In this document: positions 27,528-37,120 of the stretch, one piece after another | How positions within the stretch are numbered: position 1 is the first letter of the stretch | Layout of the letters: each line of letters opens with the position of its first letter | Assembly (NCBI GenBank): GCA_903847975.1 | Contig: CAINFC010000079.1 | Coordinates: 75,847-139,846, forward strand | Length of the DNA: 64,000 nucleotides | From: an uncultured Acidobacteriota bacterium | GTDB lineage: Bacteria > Acidobacteriota > UBA6911 > CAINFC01 | Reading direction: 5' to 3' | Made by a program: the position numbers and the translations under genes | The notes under the pieces: model-generated | The model's database searches: none | What the model was told of the DNA's origin: nothing | Seen by the model: the letters and a program-made list of their open reading frames with translations, nothing else

Positions 27528-28052
27528 ATGATCAAAGCGAAAAACGCCCGGGTTTCCATGAGCCTGCCGGTTGGTCTGGCAGGTATGCTAATGAGCCTCT
27601 TTCTGTGCAGCTTTGCGAAGGGGGCCACCGTTACGCTGGCCTGGGATCCTCCCGCCAGTCCGGGCGTGGTCGGGTACAAACTGTATATCGGGACCAGCAG
27701 CCGCAATTACACCCGTATTTCATCCGTCGGGAGCCGTCTGAGCTGCCGAGTTTCCGGGCTATCCAAGGACCCCTATTATTTTGCCGTTACGGCTCTTGAC
27801 GCCGCCGGACGGGAAAGTCCTTTTTCGGAGGAGGTTTCCACCGAAATTTTTGCCAGCGGAACTTCAGCCGATCCCATCATCCCCGTGATTACGGTTTCCG
27901 ACCCGGACGATGCCACGCAGACATTCGTGGTGGTCACCACAACCGATCCTTCCGCATCCGCTTCCAAGGGCCCTCCGCAATCGGCTTCCCAGTTTCGCTA
28001 TTATTTCCCGCTTTTTTATTCTTCAGAAGCAGGTTTCGAAACCGGTCCGTGA
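27528..28052 (+). CDS. Small secreted fibronectin type III domain protein
   Basis: Signal peptide (MSLPVGLAGMLMSLFLCSFA). The FN3 motif LAWDPP...GY.LY.G....Y is present. It lies in an AT-rich island; an alternative start at 27558 is possible. Confidence 0.65.
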   Translation: MIKAKNARVSMSLPVGLAGMLMSLFLCSFAKGATVTLAWDPPASPGVVGYKLYIGTSSRNYTRISSVGSRLSCRVSGLSKDPYYFAVTALDAAGRESPFSEEVSTEIFASGTSADPIIPVITVSDPDDATQTFVVVTTTDPSASASKGPPQSASQFRYYFPLFYSSEAGFETGP

Positions 28053-28148
28053 CACACCATTTTAAAATATGGAGGGGCCGGTCGGGATGGAGCGGCGGGA
28101 AGCCCCCTCTTTTGTAACGAAAAAAGTACCAGGAAAGGAGTGCAGGGC

Positions 28149-28610
28149 ATGCGCAAATCCGAGAGAGAGATCGGTGATCGTACCGAGATGGATGCCATTA
28201 TCCGGGCGAGTATGGTGTGCCGCCTGGGACTCATGGACGAAAATGAGCCTTACATTGTTCCGCTCAGCTTCGGGTACGACGGCAACGCTCTCTATTTCCA
28301 TTCAGCCCCGGCGGGGAGAAAAATCGAGCTATTGGCCCGCAGGAATCGGGTTTGCTTCGAATTCGACAAGGTGGAAGGGCTGATTGCCGCCGAGGAGGCC
28401 TGTCGCTGGGGTGTCCGCTACCGCAGCGTGATGGGAACCGGGAGAGCCTTTCTCCTGGAGGACCTGGAGGAAAAACGTCACGCCCTGGCCCTGATCATGA
28501 GGCAGTATTCCCCTGGAACCTTCACCTTCCCGGAGGAATCGGTGCGAAAAACCGCCGTCATCAAGGTGGTTATCGAGACAATTTCCGGAAAGCAGACAGC
28601 CCGCACCTGA
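28149..28610 (+). CDS. Pyridoxamine 5'-phosphate oxidase family (PNPOx-like/NimA-like) flavin-binding protein
   Basis: AGGAAAGGAG lies 8 nt before the ATG at 28149. The motifs MVCRLGLMDENEPYIVPLSFGYDGNALYFHSA are typical of split-barrel PNPOx-like proteins. Confidence 0.8.
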   Translation: MRKSEREIGDRTEMDAIIRASMVCRLGLMDENEPYIVPLSFGYDGNALYFHSAPAGRKIELLARRNRVCFEFDKVEGLIAAEEACRWGVRYRSVMGTGRAFLLEDLEEKRHALALIMRQYSPGTFTFPEESVRKTAVIKVVIETISGKQTART

Positions 28611-28638
28611 AGGGCCACCGCACCGGCATCCGGAATGC

Positions 28639-28667
28639 GAAGGGGGCATTTCTCCCCCCCCCCTTTG
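28639..28667. terminator. Bidirectional terminator hairpin with a G5 / C10 homopolymer stem, between convergent genes
   Basis: gaAGGGGGcatttctCCCCCCCCCCttt. The C run is 10 nt long (28654..28663). Confidence 0.5.
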
Positions 28668-28748
28668 TCATACACTGGCTTGGTTATAGTTCCTTTTAGC
28701 TATTGCTATCTTCCTTATTCGAAGGATCGGCTGACTACGGCTTCAATT

Positions 28749-29156
28749 CTACTGATCAATCTCCAATAGCGGGTCCTCGACCTTATGGTCGGTCCCATCC
28801 TGTTTTTTTTCCACAATATCGTATTCAAATAATCCCGCAACGCCATTTTTCCGTCTGCCGGTCAGCGAATTTGTTTGGCCGTTGTAAAGGATCAGCTGCG
28901 GTGGATTCAGCACTACTGGAGGAGGATTGCAAGGTCTATTTGTACTTAAGTCTACAAAATTGTCGACCCGGATCCTGACCGGTTGTGCGTTTTGCTGATT
29001 GGATTGAAAAGTGAATATCCACTTAACTTCATCCTCATCATTTTTCATACACAATTTAGGTGTCGGTGTTTCGACCTTGTGATTCGGGTGTGTAGAACCT
29101 GGGTGCGTATCATCGTCGATGATTTGAACGTGGGCAATCTTTACATCCTCCTTCAT
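28749..29156 (-). CDS. Hypothetical protein (135 aa), AT-rich, 25 nt downstream of the Ser/Thr kinase gene on the same strand
   Basis: AGGAGG lies 6 nt before the ATG. Codon usage is markedly more AT-rich than the surrounding genes. No family was recognised. Confidence 0.55.
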   Translation of the reverse strand: MKEDVKIAHVQIIDDDTHPGSTHPNHKVETPTPKLCMKNDEDEVKWIFTFQSNQQNAQPVRIRVDNFVDLSTNRPCNPPPVVLNPPQLILYNGQTNSLTGRRKNGVAGLFEYDIVEKKQDGTDHKVEDPLLEIDQ

Positions 29157-29181
29157 TGGAACCTCCTGATAAAAGATGAGA

Positions 29182-31779
29182 TTAATTATTGAACAATTCT
29201 CGGTATCGGGGGAATCGTTTCAGCGGAGCGAAATCTTCATTGTCTTCGATCTCTTTCCGGCTAATTCCATATTTGAGCGCTTGCTCCAGTTCGGAGATAC
29301 CTTTTTCCGGGTCCCCTGCCATAACGTGGATGGCTGCTTTGGAATAGAGAATATCCGGATGACGAGGAGAAATTGCCAAGGCCTGTTCGGCATGATTTAT
29401 GGCTTCTTTGGGTCTGCCTATTCTGGCTTCACAGTGGGCCATGACGATCATATCATTGGCACGGCTGGGATCGATTCGCAGCGTGTCCCGGGCTAACTCG
29501 ATGGCTCGTATGTAGTGAGCTTCTGCTTCCTCCCGCCTGCCAAGGTGCCGGTAGGCATCGCCGAGATTCATAAGGGTAATGCAGGCTTCACGGATTTGCA
29601 GAGCCCGCGAGTACATCGCAACGGCTTCCGGATATTTTTGCTGCCGGTAGTAGATGGTGCCAAGGTTGGAGAAGGCCGCCGGGCTGCTGCTGGTGCCCAG
29701 CTGAATGGCTCGCCGGTAGTTTGTCGCTGCCTGATCCAGGTCGCCGGTTTTGTGATAGGCGGTTCCCAGGTTCTGATAGCCCCAGGATAGATCCGGCTGC
29801 AGTTCCGTCAGCCGCTTCAGGACCGAAATCGATTCCGCATAACGGCCCGATTTCAGCAGAGCCAGGCCCAGCGCCTGATAGTTGCGCCAGAAGTTGGGAC
29901 GCAATTCGATGGCTTTGCGGTATTCGCGGAAGGACTCCTCCATCAGGGCTTTCTTTTCCAGGGCCTGTCCCAGCATGCGATGGGCATGGTCGTTGTTGGG
30001 CTGCTGCCGGAGGACGAGGCGGATTTCGGCAATGGCGCTATCCGTCTGCCCGGTTCCGTTCAGAACGTTGGCCAGTGCCAGCCGCACATCGCTTCGGTTT
30101 GGATGGATGGTCAGGGCTTCTTCCGTCGATTTTTTGGCTTTTTCCGCCCAGGAGGCGTCCTTGGTCTTTTCCCATTTGGCCCAGCAGGCATCGCCCAGGC
30201 CGGCATGCGCCATGGCGTATTTGGGGTCCTTCTCAATGGCCGACTGGAACAATCGGATCGCCCGGTCGATGTTATCGGCTACGTCCGGCCTTTCCAGGAA
30301 AGCGCGCGCCTGGATGCAATCCACGTAAGCCTCGTTGCTGTCGGTCGAGGGAGCTCCGAGCTGCCGCTGTTCCCGGCTGCTCAGCGCCAGTTTGAGCGAC
30401 CGGATCAGGTCGCCGGCCAGCTGCGGCTGCAGCTGGACCAGCTCGTTCCAAACGCTGAAATACTCCTCCTTCCAAAGCAGCGACTCGTCGCTTCTCGACA
30501 ACTGCAGGGATATCCGGTAGCGCTCCGAGGTTCGCTGGACCGAGCCGCCGACCACGTAGGCTGCATCCGCGATTCCCGAACTCCCTCCTTCGCCCGACGG
30601 AACCGGGCTTCCTTCGGTGTCTGCGGCGAATACCGTCAGGAAAGGCAGCACGGATAGGCTTTCGACCAGAGAGCGGCTGATTCCCTTTCCCAGGTAGGCC
30701 ACCGACGGGTCCTTTTCCAGGTTGACCAGCGGCAGGACCGCGACTACCATGTTCTTCATTCCGGAAACATTTCCGGACTCCGAAAAATCGGCGACCGGTT
30801 CCCGGCCGAAGAAATCCTGCCAGGCCCCCCGGAACTGGATCGCCAGCCACACAACTGCTATCGCCAGGGCAGCAATAGAAGCCGTCTTAATCCTTTTCCG
30901 GCCCGTGAAAGGCAGAGGGCCGGATTCCCGCACCGTATCCGCGGATTTTACCTGGGAGAGATCCCGGTAGAGATCCTTCGAGGAGGGATGCCGATCCAGG
31001 GGATTCTTGGCCAGCGCCTTCAAAATAACCTTTTCCAGGCTCTTGGAGATACTCCGGTTCAGAGCGGAAGGGGGATGGGGTGTCTTGTGAAGAATGGCAT
31101 CGATCAGCTGGGGAGTCTGGTTTTCCGGGAAAGGTCGTTGTCCCGTGGCCATTTCATAAAGAACTGTGCCGGCCGAATAAATATCGCTCTTGGCGTCCAC
31201 GGTTTTGCCGAGCACCTGCTCCGGGGCCATATAGGGGATGGTTCCTTTCAGGGAATAATCGCCCGACAGGGACTGGGTGTCCAGAGTGTCGCTTTCATTG
31301 GAGGGCAGCCGCTTGGCCAGGCCGAAATCCAGGACCTTCAGCGAGCCCCGGTGGGTGAGAACGATATTCCCCGGCTTCAGGTCCCGGTGAATGATCCCTT
31401 TTTCGTGCGCCTCTTCCAGGGCCGCCGCCAGCTGGGTGCCGTACTGCACCACCTCCTCCTCCGAAAGGGGGCCCTGGGCCAGCTTGTCCTTCAGCGATCC
31501 GCCGGCCACATACTCCATGACCAGGTAATCGGAGTTCCCCTCCGTAATGAAGTCGAATACCGAGGCAATGTTGGGGTGGCTCAGCTTGGAGAGAGCCAGA
31601 GCCTCGAGGCGAAAACGCTTGCGGTCGGCCTCGCCGGTAACCGAGCCCTCCGGCAGAATTTTGATGGCCACCTCCCGGAGCAGGTGTTCATCCCAGGCTT
31701 TATAGACGATTCCCATCCCTCCCTGACCCAGCTCTTCGAGGATGGAGTAGTGCGTAACTTTCTGCCCGCGTGCAAGCAT
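29182..31779 (-). CDS. Serine/threonine protein kinase with a TM anchor and a C-terminal TPR-repeat domain
   Basis: Hanks kinase motifs (GQGGMGIVYKA, HRDLKPGNIV, DFGLAK, APE). TM helix (IAALAIAVVWLAI). Multiple TPR repeats follow (AxxxLGxAY...). Confidence 0.85.
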   Translation of the reverse strand: MLARGQKVTHYSILEELGQGGMGIVYKAWDEHLLREVAIKILPEGSVTGEADRKRFRLEALALSKLSHPNIASVFDFITEGNSDYLVMEYVAGGSLKDKLAQGPLSEEEVVQYGTQLAAALEEAHEKGIIHRDLKPGNIVLTHRGSLKVLDFGLAKRLPSNESDTLDTQSLSGDYSLKGTIPYMAPEQVLGKTVDAKSDIYSAGTVLYEMATGQRPFPENQTPQLIDAILHKTPHPPSALNRSISKSLEKVILKALAKNPLDRHPSSKDLYRDLSQVKSADTVRESGPLPFTGRKRIKTASIAALAIAVVWLAIQFRGAWQDFFGREPVADFSESGNVSGMKNMVVAVLPLVNLEKDPSVAYLGKGISRSLVESLSVLPFLTVFAADTEGSPVPSGEGGSSGIADAAYVVGGSVQRTSERYRISLQLSRSDESLLWKEEYFSVWNELVQLQPQLAGDLIRSLKLALSSREQRQLGAPSTDSNEAYVDCIQARAFLERPDVADNIDRAIRLFQSAIEKDPKYAMAHAGLGDACWAKWEKTKDASWAEKAKKSTEEALTIHPNRSDVRLALANVLNGTGQTDSAIAEIRLVLRQQPNNDHAHRMLGQALEKKALMEESFREYRKAIELRPNFWRNYQALGLALLKSGRYAESISVLKRLTELQPDLSWGYQNLGTAYHKTGDLDQAATNYRRAIQLGTSSSPAAFSNLGTIYYRQQKYPEAVAMYSRALQIREACITLMNLGDAYRHLGRREEAEAHYIRAIELARDTLRIDPSRANDMIVMAHCEARIGRPKEAINHAEQALAISPRHPDILYSKAAIHVMAGDPEKGISELEQALKYGISRKEIEDNEDFAPLKRFPRYRELFNN

Positions 31780-31831
31780 TCTTTTTCAGCTGTTTCAGGT
31801 AATGAGGATCGATTTTCTGACCTATTCGTTC

Positions 31832-31860
31832 AGTATAAGGGGGATAAGGCGGAAGGTCAA
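31832..31860 (-). promoter_or_regulatory. Putative sigma70 promoter for the kinase gene (TTGACC, 17-nt spacer, TATACT; minus strand)
   Basis: Reverse complement of 31855..31860 is TTGACC and of 31832..31837 is TATACT, about 50 nt upstream of the ATG at 31779. Confidence 0.4.
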
Positions 31861-31980
31861 GTAGAAAACCAGTAACCGTAACAAAAGGAAGGGAGATCGC
31901 CTTCCTACGTGCTTTTCGCACCGGGGACGGCAGGCTGCCCTGCCGGAAACCACCGGCTGTCCGGCCGGCGCCGGACCCGT

Positions 31981-32325
31981 TCAATATCCGCGGCGCCGCA
32001 GCCCCTTTTCGTCCATGCCGAAATAATGCCCCAGCTCGTGCCACAGAGTCTGCCGGATCTGGTCGCGCAGGTCTTCTTCCGAATCGGAGACCATCTCCAG
32101 ATTCTTCTTGTACAGAATGATCCGATCCGGGGTTTCCGACTCGGCGGAAGTTCGCTCCGGCAGCGGAACGCCGACGTACAGGCCGAGGATTGGCCGGCGA
32201 GAAGGGCGCGATGTTTCCTCTACTTCAATACTGACGTTCTTGACCCGGGACCGGAAAAAGGCCGGAATCTGAAGCCAGGCTTCTTCTACCCAGCGGTCGA
32301 AACAGGGTCGGTCTACGGCAAACAT
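31981..32325 (-). CDS. Zincin-like metallopeptidase family protein (DUF1025-type; HELGH motif)
   Basis: The C-terminal WHELGHYFGMDE metal-binding motif is characteristic of the small possible-metallopeptidase family; 114 aa. Confidence 0.7.
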   Translation of the reverse strand: MFAVDRPCFDRWVEEAWLQIPAFFRSRVKNVSIEVEETSRPSRRPILGLYVGVPLPERTSAESETPDRIILYKKNLEMVSDSEEDLRDQIRQTLWHELGHYFGMDEKGLRRRGY

Positions 32326-32385
32326 AGGATTGGGGCGGCCAGGCGGTTCGGGTCTCGAAAAGTCAGCTCCTGCGCAGGGCCGGCC

Positions 32386-32994
32386 TCATGGGGCGTCCTT
32401 GGATTCCGGCAGCAGGGCGTGCGGCTTGAAGCGAAAAAGGACCAGCCCGTCGCGCATTCCGCGCCAGCCAAAAAACCAGATCATCAGCAGAAAAAGCAGC
32501 AGCGTGCCGACGAGAATCAGATTCAGGCTCTGCCACTCCTTAAGAAAGGTATGGATGCTGTGCCCGAAGCTGTATCCCAGAAATGCCATTAAAGGAGTCC
32601 AGAGCAGGGCGCTGACCAGGTTCAGAAGGCTGTAACGCCAGGCGGAAATGCGAAGCACACCGCAGCTGGTGGGAATAATGGTGCGCAAGCCATAAAGAAA
32701 GCGGGAGCAGAGAATCAGCCAGAAGGAGTGGCGCTGCAGCAGCTCCGCCGCCCGCGGGTAGTTTCTTCGGAAGCAGCGCGACCGGCAGGCCCATTCGTAG
32801 CCTTTCCAGCGGGCCAGATAGTAAAAGAACTGATCCCCGAAAATGGTTCCGATCAGCGCGATGAGGATGATCGAACGCATCTCCAGGAATCCCTGATGAG
32901 CGGCAATTCCTGCCAGAATGACGGTGGCCTCTCCTTCCAGCAGCGTACCGATAAAGAGGCCCAGATAGCCGTACGAAGACAGCAAGGGTTCCAT
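32386..32994 (-). CDS. DedA/SNARE-associated family membrane protein
   Basis: GLFIGTLLEGEATVILAGIAA and FGDQFFYYLAR motifs of DedA. The start at 32994 avoids an unsupported N-terminal extension. Confidence 0.75.
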   Translation of the reverse strand: MEPLLSSYGYLGLFIGTLLEGEATVILAGIAAHQGFLEMRSIILIALIGTIFGDQFFYYLARWKGYEWACRSRCFRRNYPRAAELLQRHSFWLILCSRFLYGLRTIIPTSCGVLRISAWRYSLLNLVSALLWTPLMAFLGYSFGHSIHTFLKEWQSLNLILVGTLLLFLLMIWFFGWRGMRDGLVLFRFKPHALLPESKDAP

Positions 32995-33073
32995 CCGAAA
33001 CAGCGCTCCAAATCTGTGCGTAAATGGCCCGGTGTTCTCTCTGCAAAACCGCCGGCATCCGGGCTTAGATGGG

Positions 33074-34105
33074 CTAATTTTCTCCCAGTTTTTCCCGGAG
33101 CGCAAGTTCCTGCTTCAATTTTTCCACCTCGCGCCTGAGCCCCGGTAGAGAGGCCAGAAGGCGGTGCTGCTCCTGGAAGGAAGCCATAGGTCGTGCCGGC
33201 GTGCCCCAGTAAAGCGCTCCGCCGCGAAGGATTTTGCCGTTCAGAACGCCGCTCTGTCCGCCGACCACCGCATTCCTCTGGATGTGGGCATGCTCGCCGA
33301 CGCCCACCTGTCCGGCCAGCGTCACGTGGTCCTCCAGAACGGAGCTGCCGGAAATACCGGTCAGGGAAACGATAAGGCAGTGGGGACCGATCTCGACGTT
33401 GTGGGCGATCTGGACCAGGTTGTCGATTTTGGTGCCGCGGCCGATGCGCGTACAACCCAAGGCTGCCCGGTCGATACAGACGTTGGCTCCGATTTCCACT
33501 TCATCCTCGATCTCCACCCGGCCGCGCTGCGGAAATTTGACATGCCGGCCTTCCCAGGGCATGTAGCCGAATCCGTCGGCGCCGACGACCGTTCCGGAAT
33601 GAAGTATGCAGCGATTGCCGACCTGAACCCCCGAATACAGTACCACCCGGGGATACAGGTGCGTACCCTGCCCGACCCGGCTGTTGCTGCCGATAAAGCA
33701 GTGCGCATCCACCTGGGCCATGGATTCGATTTCCGCGCCGGGCTCCACTACGACAAAAGGGCCGACGGTTGCATCCCCGGCAATTTTGGCGGAGGAATGA
33801 ATCCGGGCATCGGGATGTATCCCGGGCTCGGGTCTGGGGGCGGGCATAAGAAATTCCACGGCCCGGATAAAATCATATCGGGGGCGGGGGCTAAGCAGGA
33901 GGGTGCGGTCCGCGAGATCCGCTCCTTCCGGAACCAACAGGCAGCCGGCTCGCGAGCGCCTCGCCCTGGGAAGATGTTTTTCGGATTCCACGAAGGAGAG
34001 CTGGTCTTTCCCGGCCTGATCCAGTTCGGCAACCGACCGGATTTCGAGATCGCTTTCGCCCCTCAGGGGGATACCCAGGTAATCGGCAATATGTTGTGCT
34101 TTCAT
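33074..34105 (-). CDS. lpxD: UDP-3-O-(3-hydroxyacyl)glucosamine N-acyltransferase LpxD
   Basis: N-terminal MKAQHIADYLG... followed by left-handed beta-helix hexapeptide repeats and a C-terminal coiled tail, matching the LpxD layout. Confidence 0.85.
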   Translation of the reverse strand: MKAQHIADYLGIPLRGESDLEIRSVAELDQAGKDQLSFVESEKHLPRARRSRAGCLLVPEGADLADRTLLLSPRPRYDFIRAVEFLMPAPRPEPGIHPDARIHSSAKIAGDATVGPFVVVEPGAEIESMAQVDAHCFIGSNSRVGQGTHLYPRVVLYSGVQVGNRCILHSGTVVGADGFGYMPWEGRHVKFPQRGRVEIEDEVEIGANVCIDRAALGCTRIGRGTKIDNLVQIAHNVEIGPHCLIVSLTGISGSSVLEDHVTLAGQVGVGEHAHIQRNAVVGGQSGVLNGKILRGGALYWGTPARPMASFQEQHRLLASLPGLRREVEKLKQELALREKLGEN

Positions 34106-34198
34106 CTATTTTTATCCTCTTCCCGCTGTTCCTTGATCGGATGTGCTAGGATTGATGCGAGCTGCTTTATCTGGTTACATTCCATTAAGGAGATTGAA

Positions 34199-35098
34199 AT
34201 GAATAAGCGAACCGCCGGATGCCTTCTCTTGCTTCTCCTGGCTGTCGGTTCCTGGGTTCTCCCGGCCCAGCCGCCCGCCTCGTCCAAAAAGCTTAATATT
34301 CTCGTGATCGGCGCCCACCCGGACGACCCGGAAAAAGCCGGCGGCACCATGGCCAAGTATATCATGATGGGACACCGGGTCCGCCTGCTGACCATGACCA
34401 ACGGGGACGCCGGACATTTCAAGATGGGAGGCGGCGCTCTGGCTGCCCGCCGGTGGAAGGAAGCGCAGTGTGCCGGCAAGGCCATCGGCGCCGAATATGT
34501 GGTGCTGGATAATCACGATGGGGAGCTGATGCCAACCCTGGAAAACCGCCGGGAGATCATTCGGCAGATTCGCGAAATCCAGGCCGACCTTGTGTTCACT
34601 CCGAGGCCGGACGACTATCATCCCGATCATCGTAACACCGCCCTGCTGGTTCGGGACGCGGCTTACATGGTGACCGTTCCCAACGTGGTGTCCCAAGTGC
34701 CGCACCTGAAAAAAAATCCGGTCTTCCTGTATCTGCATGACGACTTCACCCGGCCCACTCCTTTCCGGGCTGACATCCTGGTCGACATCAGCGAGGTGAT
34801 CGAAAAGAAGATCGACATGTACCACTGCCATGAATCCCAGATGTACGAGTGGCTTCCCTATAACGGCGGCTACCTGGAGAAGGTGCCCGAGGGAAATGAG
34901 GCCCGGCGGGCCATGACCGCCGAGCGGCAGAAAAACGGCGCCCGCCGCCTGGCGGACAAGTTCCGGCCCCGCCTGATCGAGCTCTACGGGGAGGCCTCGG
35001 GGGGCAAGATGAATGCGGTGGAGGTATTCGAAGTTTCCGAATACGGCAGCCCGGTAAACGAAAAAAACCGGAAAACCCTGTTTCCTTTTTTGCCCTGA
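34199..35098 (+). CDS. Secreted PIG-L (LmbE-like) family deacetylase
   Basis: AAGGAG lies 6 nt before the ATG. Signal peptide present; GAHPDDPE...HPDH motifs. The long ORF-track version (33164..35098) is an artefactual extension over lpxD on the opposite strand. Confidence 0.8.
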   Translation: MNKRTAGCLLLLLLAVGSWVLPAQPPASSKKLNILVIGAHPDDPEKAGGTMAKYIMMGHRVRLLTMTNGDAGHFKMGGGALAARRWKEAQCAGKAIGAEYVVLDNHDGELMPTLENRREIIRQIREIQADLVFTPRPDDYHPDHRNTALLVRDAAYMVTVPNVVSQVPHLKKNPVFLYLHDDFTRPTPFRADILVDISEVIEKKIDMYHCHESQMYEWLPYNGGYLEKVPEGNEARRAMTAERQKNGARRLADKFRPRLIELYGEASGGKMNAVEVFEVSEYGSPVNEKNRKTLFPFLP

Positions 35099-35120
35099 CG
35101 GGCGGCCGGAGGCAAATCCA

Positions 35121-36068
35121 TTGAGCAATGCAGCCGATCGGAAAACGACTTCGGATGCCCCGCACGGATGGGTGGATCTTCAGGTGAACGGCTATGACGG
35201 GGTGGATTTTTCCGGCCCCGGCCTGAACCTGGATAAGATCGGTCATGTGGTCCGGTGCCTGGCGGATCGCGGAGTTACCGCGTTTTGCCCTACTATGATT
35301 ACCTCCCCGGAGGAAATTTACCGGGAAAACCTGCCCTTGCTGGCCGAGGCGGCCGCCGACGACCAGCTCGGGCCGCATCTCCTGGGGATTCATCTCGAAG
35401 GCCCCTTTCTTTCGCCCCTCGACGGAGCCCGCGGGGCTCACCCGAGAGAGTCGGTGCGGGAGCCTTCGATCCCCTTTCTGCAGCACCTGCTGGAGTGGGC
35501 GGACGATTGGGTTTCCCTGGTTACCCTGGCCCCGGAAATGCCGGGAGCGATTCCGCTGATCGACTTCCTGGCTTCGCGGGGCGTTCTCGTGTCGCTGGGC
35601 CATCATTTGGCCAACCAGGAAACCATCTGCCGGGCCTGCGATGCCGGGGCAACCCTGGCCACCCACCTGGGAAACGGAATCCCGAATCAGCTGCCGCGCC
35701 ATCCCAACCCGATCTGGGACCAGCTGGCAGAGGAGAGGCTGAAGATCATGCTGATCGCCGACGGGCATCACCTGCCGGACAGCTTTCTGAAGGTGTGCTG
35801 GCGCGCGGCCGGGGCCGACCGCATTCTGCTGACCAGCGATGCGGCTCCCATTGCCGGCTATCCCGCCGGGGAATACATGAATCTCGGCCACAAGGTCCGG
35901 CTGGAGGAAAACGGCAAGCTTTGGAATCCGGCGGGGAACCACCTGGTCGGCTCGAGCTTCCAACTGGATCAATGCGTCCGGCACGCGGAGAGAGTCCTCG
36001 GGCTGACCGGGGCCGAGAGCCGGAAAATAGCTCGGGAGAACGCTCTTTCTCTGCTCGGGCTTACATAA
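35121..36068 (+). CDS. NagA-family amidohydrolase (N-acetylglucosamine-6-phosphate deacetylase-like) lacking the N-terminal beta-sandwich; TTG start
   Basis: VDLQVNGYDGVDF matches the E. coli NagA DVQLNGCGGVQF metal site. GGAGG lies 8 nt before the TTG at 35121; the nearby ATG at 35128 is out of frame. Confidence 0.75.
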   Translation: MSNAADRKTTSDAPHGWVDLQVNGYDGVDFSGPGLNLDKIGHVVRCLADRGVTAFCPTMITSPEEIYRENLPLLAEAAADDQLGPHLLGIHLEGPFLSPLDGARGAHPRESVREPSIPFLQHLLEWADDWVSLVTLAPEMPGAIPLIDFLASRGVLVSLGHHLANQETICRACDAGATLATHLGNGIPNQLPRHPNPIWDQLAEERLKIMLIADGHHLPDSFLKVCWRAAGADRILLTSDAAPIAGYPAGEYMNLGHKVRLEENGKLWNPAGNHLVGSSFQLDQCVRHAERVLGLTGAESRKIARENALSLLGLT

Positions 36069-36084
36069 AAATCATTCTGCCCAC

Positions 36085-36114
36085 TTGACAAGTAAGGAAT
36101 GGAATCCGTATGAT
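36085..36114 (+). promoter_or_regulatory. Putative sigma70 promoter (TTGACA, 18-nt spacer, TATGAT) for the partner-switching genes
   Basis: Hexamers at 36085..36090 and 36109..36114. Confidence 0.45.
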
Positions 36115-36173
36115 ACGGAATATCGTTTACGGAAAAACAGGATAGGGAGATACGGGTTCATTCGCTATTCACT

Positions 36174-36611
36174 ATGGGTGCAACGAGCAATACGATCGAG
36201 CTGGTCCTTGGCAGCAATTTAGACTATCTGGGTCTCGTGGAGACGGTCACGGACAGTATTACCGGGCTGATGGGCTTTGACCAGGAGGCAGCGTACTGGG
36301 TGAACATGTCCGTCCGGGAATCGTCCATTAACGCCATGCGGCACGGGAACGGGCTGGATCCTGAGAAAAAGGTTGCCATTCTTTTCCTGGTGGGTACGGA
36401 TGAGCTCCTGATACGAATCACCGACCAGGGGAGGGGTTTCGATCCTCAGTCCATTCCGGATCCCCTGGCTCCGGAAAATTTATTGAAGCCGAGCGGTCGG
36501 GGAATTTTTTATATCCGTTCCTTCATGGACCAGGTAGATTTCCAGCAGACGGATAACGGCGGTATGCAAGTTCAGATGATAAAACGTCTGGTTCCAAAAC
36601 AAACCAACTAG
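36174..36611 (+). CDS. Anti-sigma regulatory factor (RsbW/SpoIIAB-like Ser-protein kinase, HATPase_c fold)
   Basis: 145 aa with [16 protein letters not shown]...DQGRGFDP...[12 protein letters not shown] motifs of GHKL anti-sigma kinases. Confidence 0.75.
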   Translation: MGATSNTIELVLGSNLDYLGLVETVTDSITGLMGFDQEAAYWVNMSVRESSINAMRHGNGLDPEKKVAILFLVGTDELLIRITDQGRGFDPQSIPDPLAPENLLKPSGRGIFYIRSFMDQVDFQQTDNGGMQVQMIKRLVPKQTN

Positions 36612-36640
36612 ATCAATACCAAATAAGGAGTGATGACGGT

Positions 36641-36976
36641 ATGGAAATTAAGAAAAGAACGGTCAACGAGGTTGTGATTCTCGACATGAGCGGCAAGATT
36701 ACCCTGGGTGAAGGAACGGCGGCGCTGAGAAATGAAGTTCGCAATCTCCTGAAAGAAGGATGCAAGAAGATCATTCTGAACCTTGGGGAAGTCAACTACG
36801 TCGACAGCTCGGGTATCGGTGAGCTGGTCAGCGCCTTCACCACAACCTCCAACCAGGGCGGCAAGCTGAAGCTGCTGAACCTGACCAAAAAGCTGCAGGA
36901 GCTGCTGAGCATTACCAAGCTTCTCACCGTTTTCGAGGTTCACGAAGACGAGCAGGAAGCCTTGAAGGATTTTTAA
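36641..36976 (+). CDS. STAS-domain anti-sigma-factor antagonist (SpoIIAA/RsbV-like)
   Basis: [15 protein letters not shown]...[17 protein letters not shown] carries the conserved DSSG phosphorylation motif. Confidence 0.85.
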   Translation: MEIKKRTVNEVVILDMSGKITLGEGTAALRNEVRNLLKEGCKKIILNLGEVNYVDSSGIGELVSAFTTTSNQGGKLKLLNLTKKLQELLSITKLLTVFEVHEDEQEALKDF

Positions 36977-37120
36977 GCCGGCCGGAATCCGGTCGATGGC
37001 TGCAGGAGGGGAGATTGCTCCGGGGGAATACAGGCGTTCTCTTCTCCGACAGGATGTTTTTTTGAGTTTCCGAGGGGGTGCCTGGGGAGAGCACCCCTTT
37101 GTTATTTTCGCCCGACGAGC

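Noticed and set aside
33164..35098. 644-aa version of the PIG-L ORF, and the 5279 and 49386 long starts of the hydrolase and isomerase genes
   Set aside because: The N-terminal extensions read through the opposite-strand lpxD gene or through intergenic sequence, and they lack RBS support. Internal ATGs with AGGAG-type RBS sites and signal peptides (34199, 5600, 49917) are preferred.
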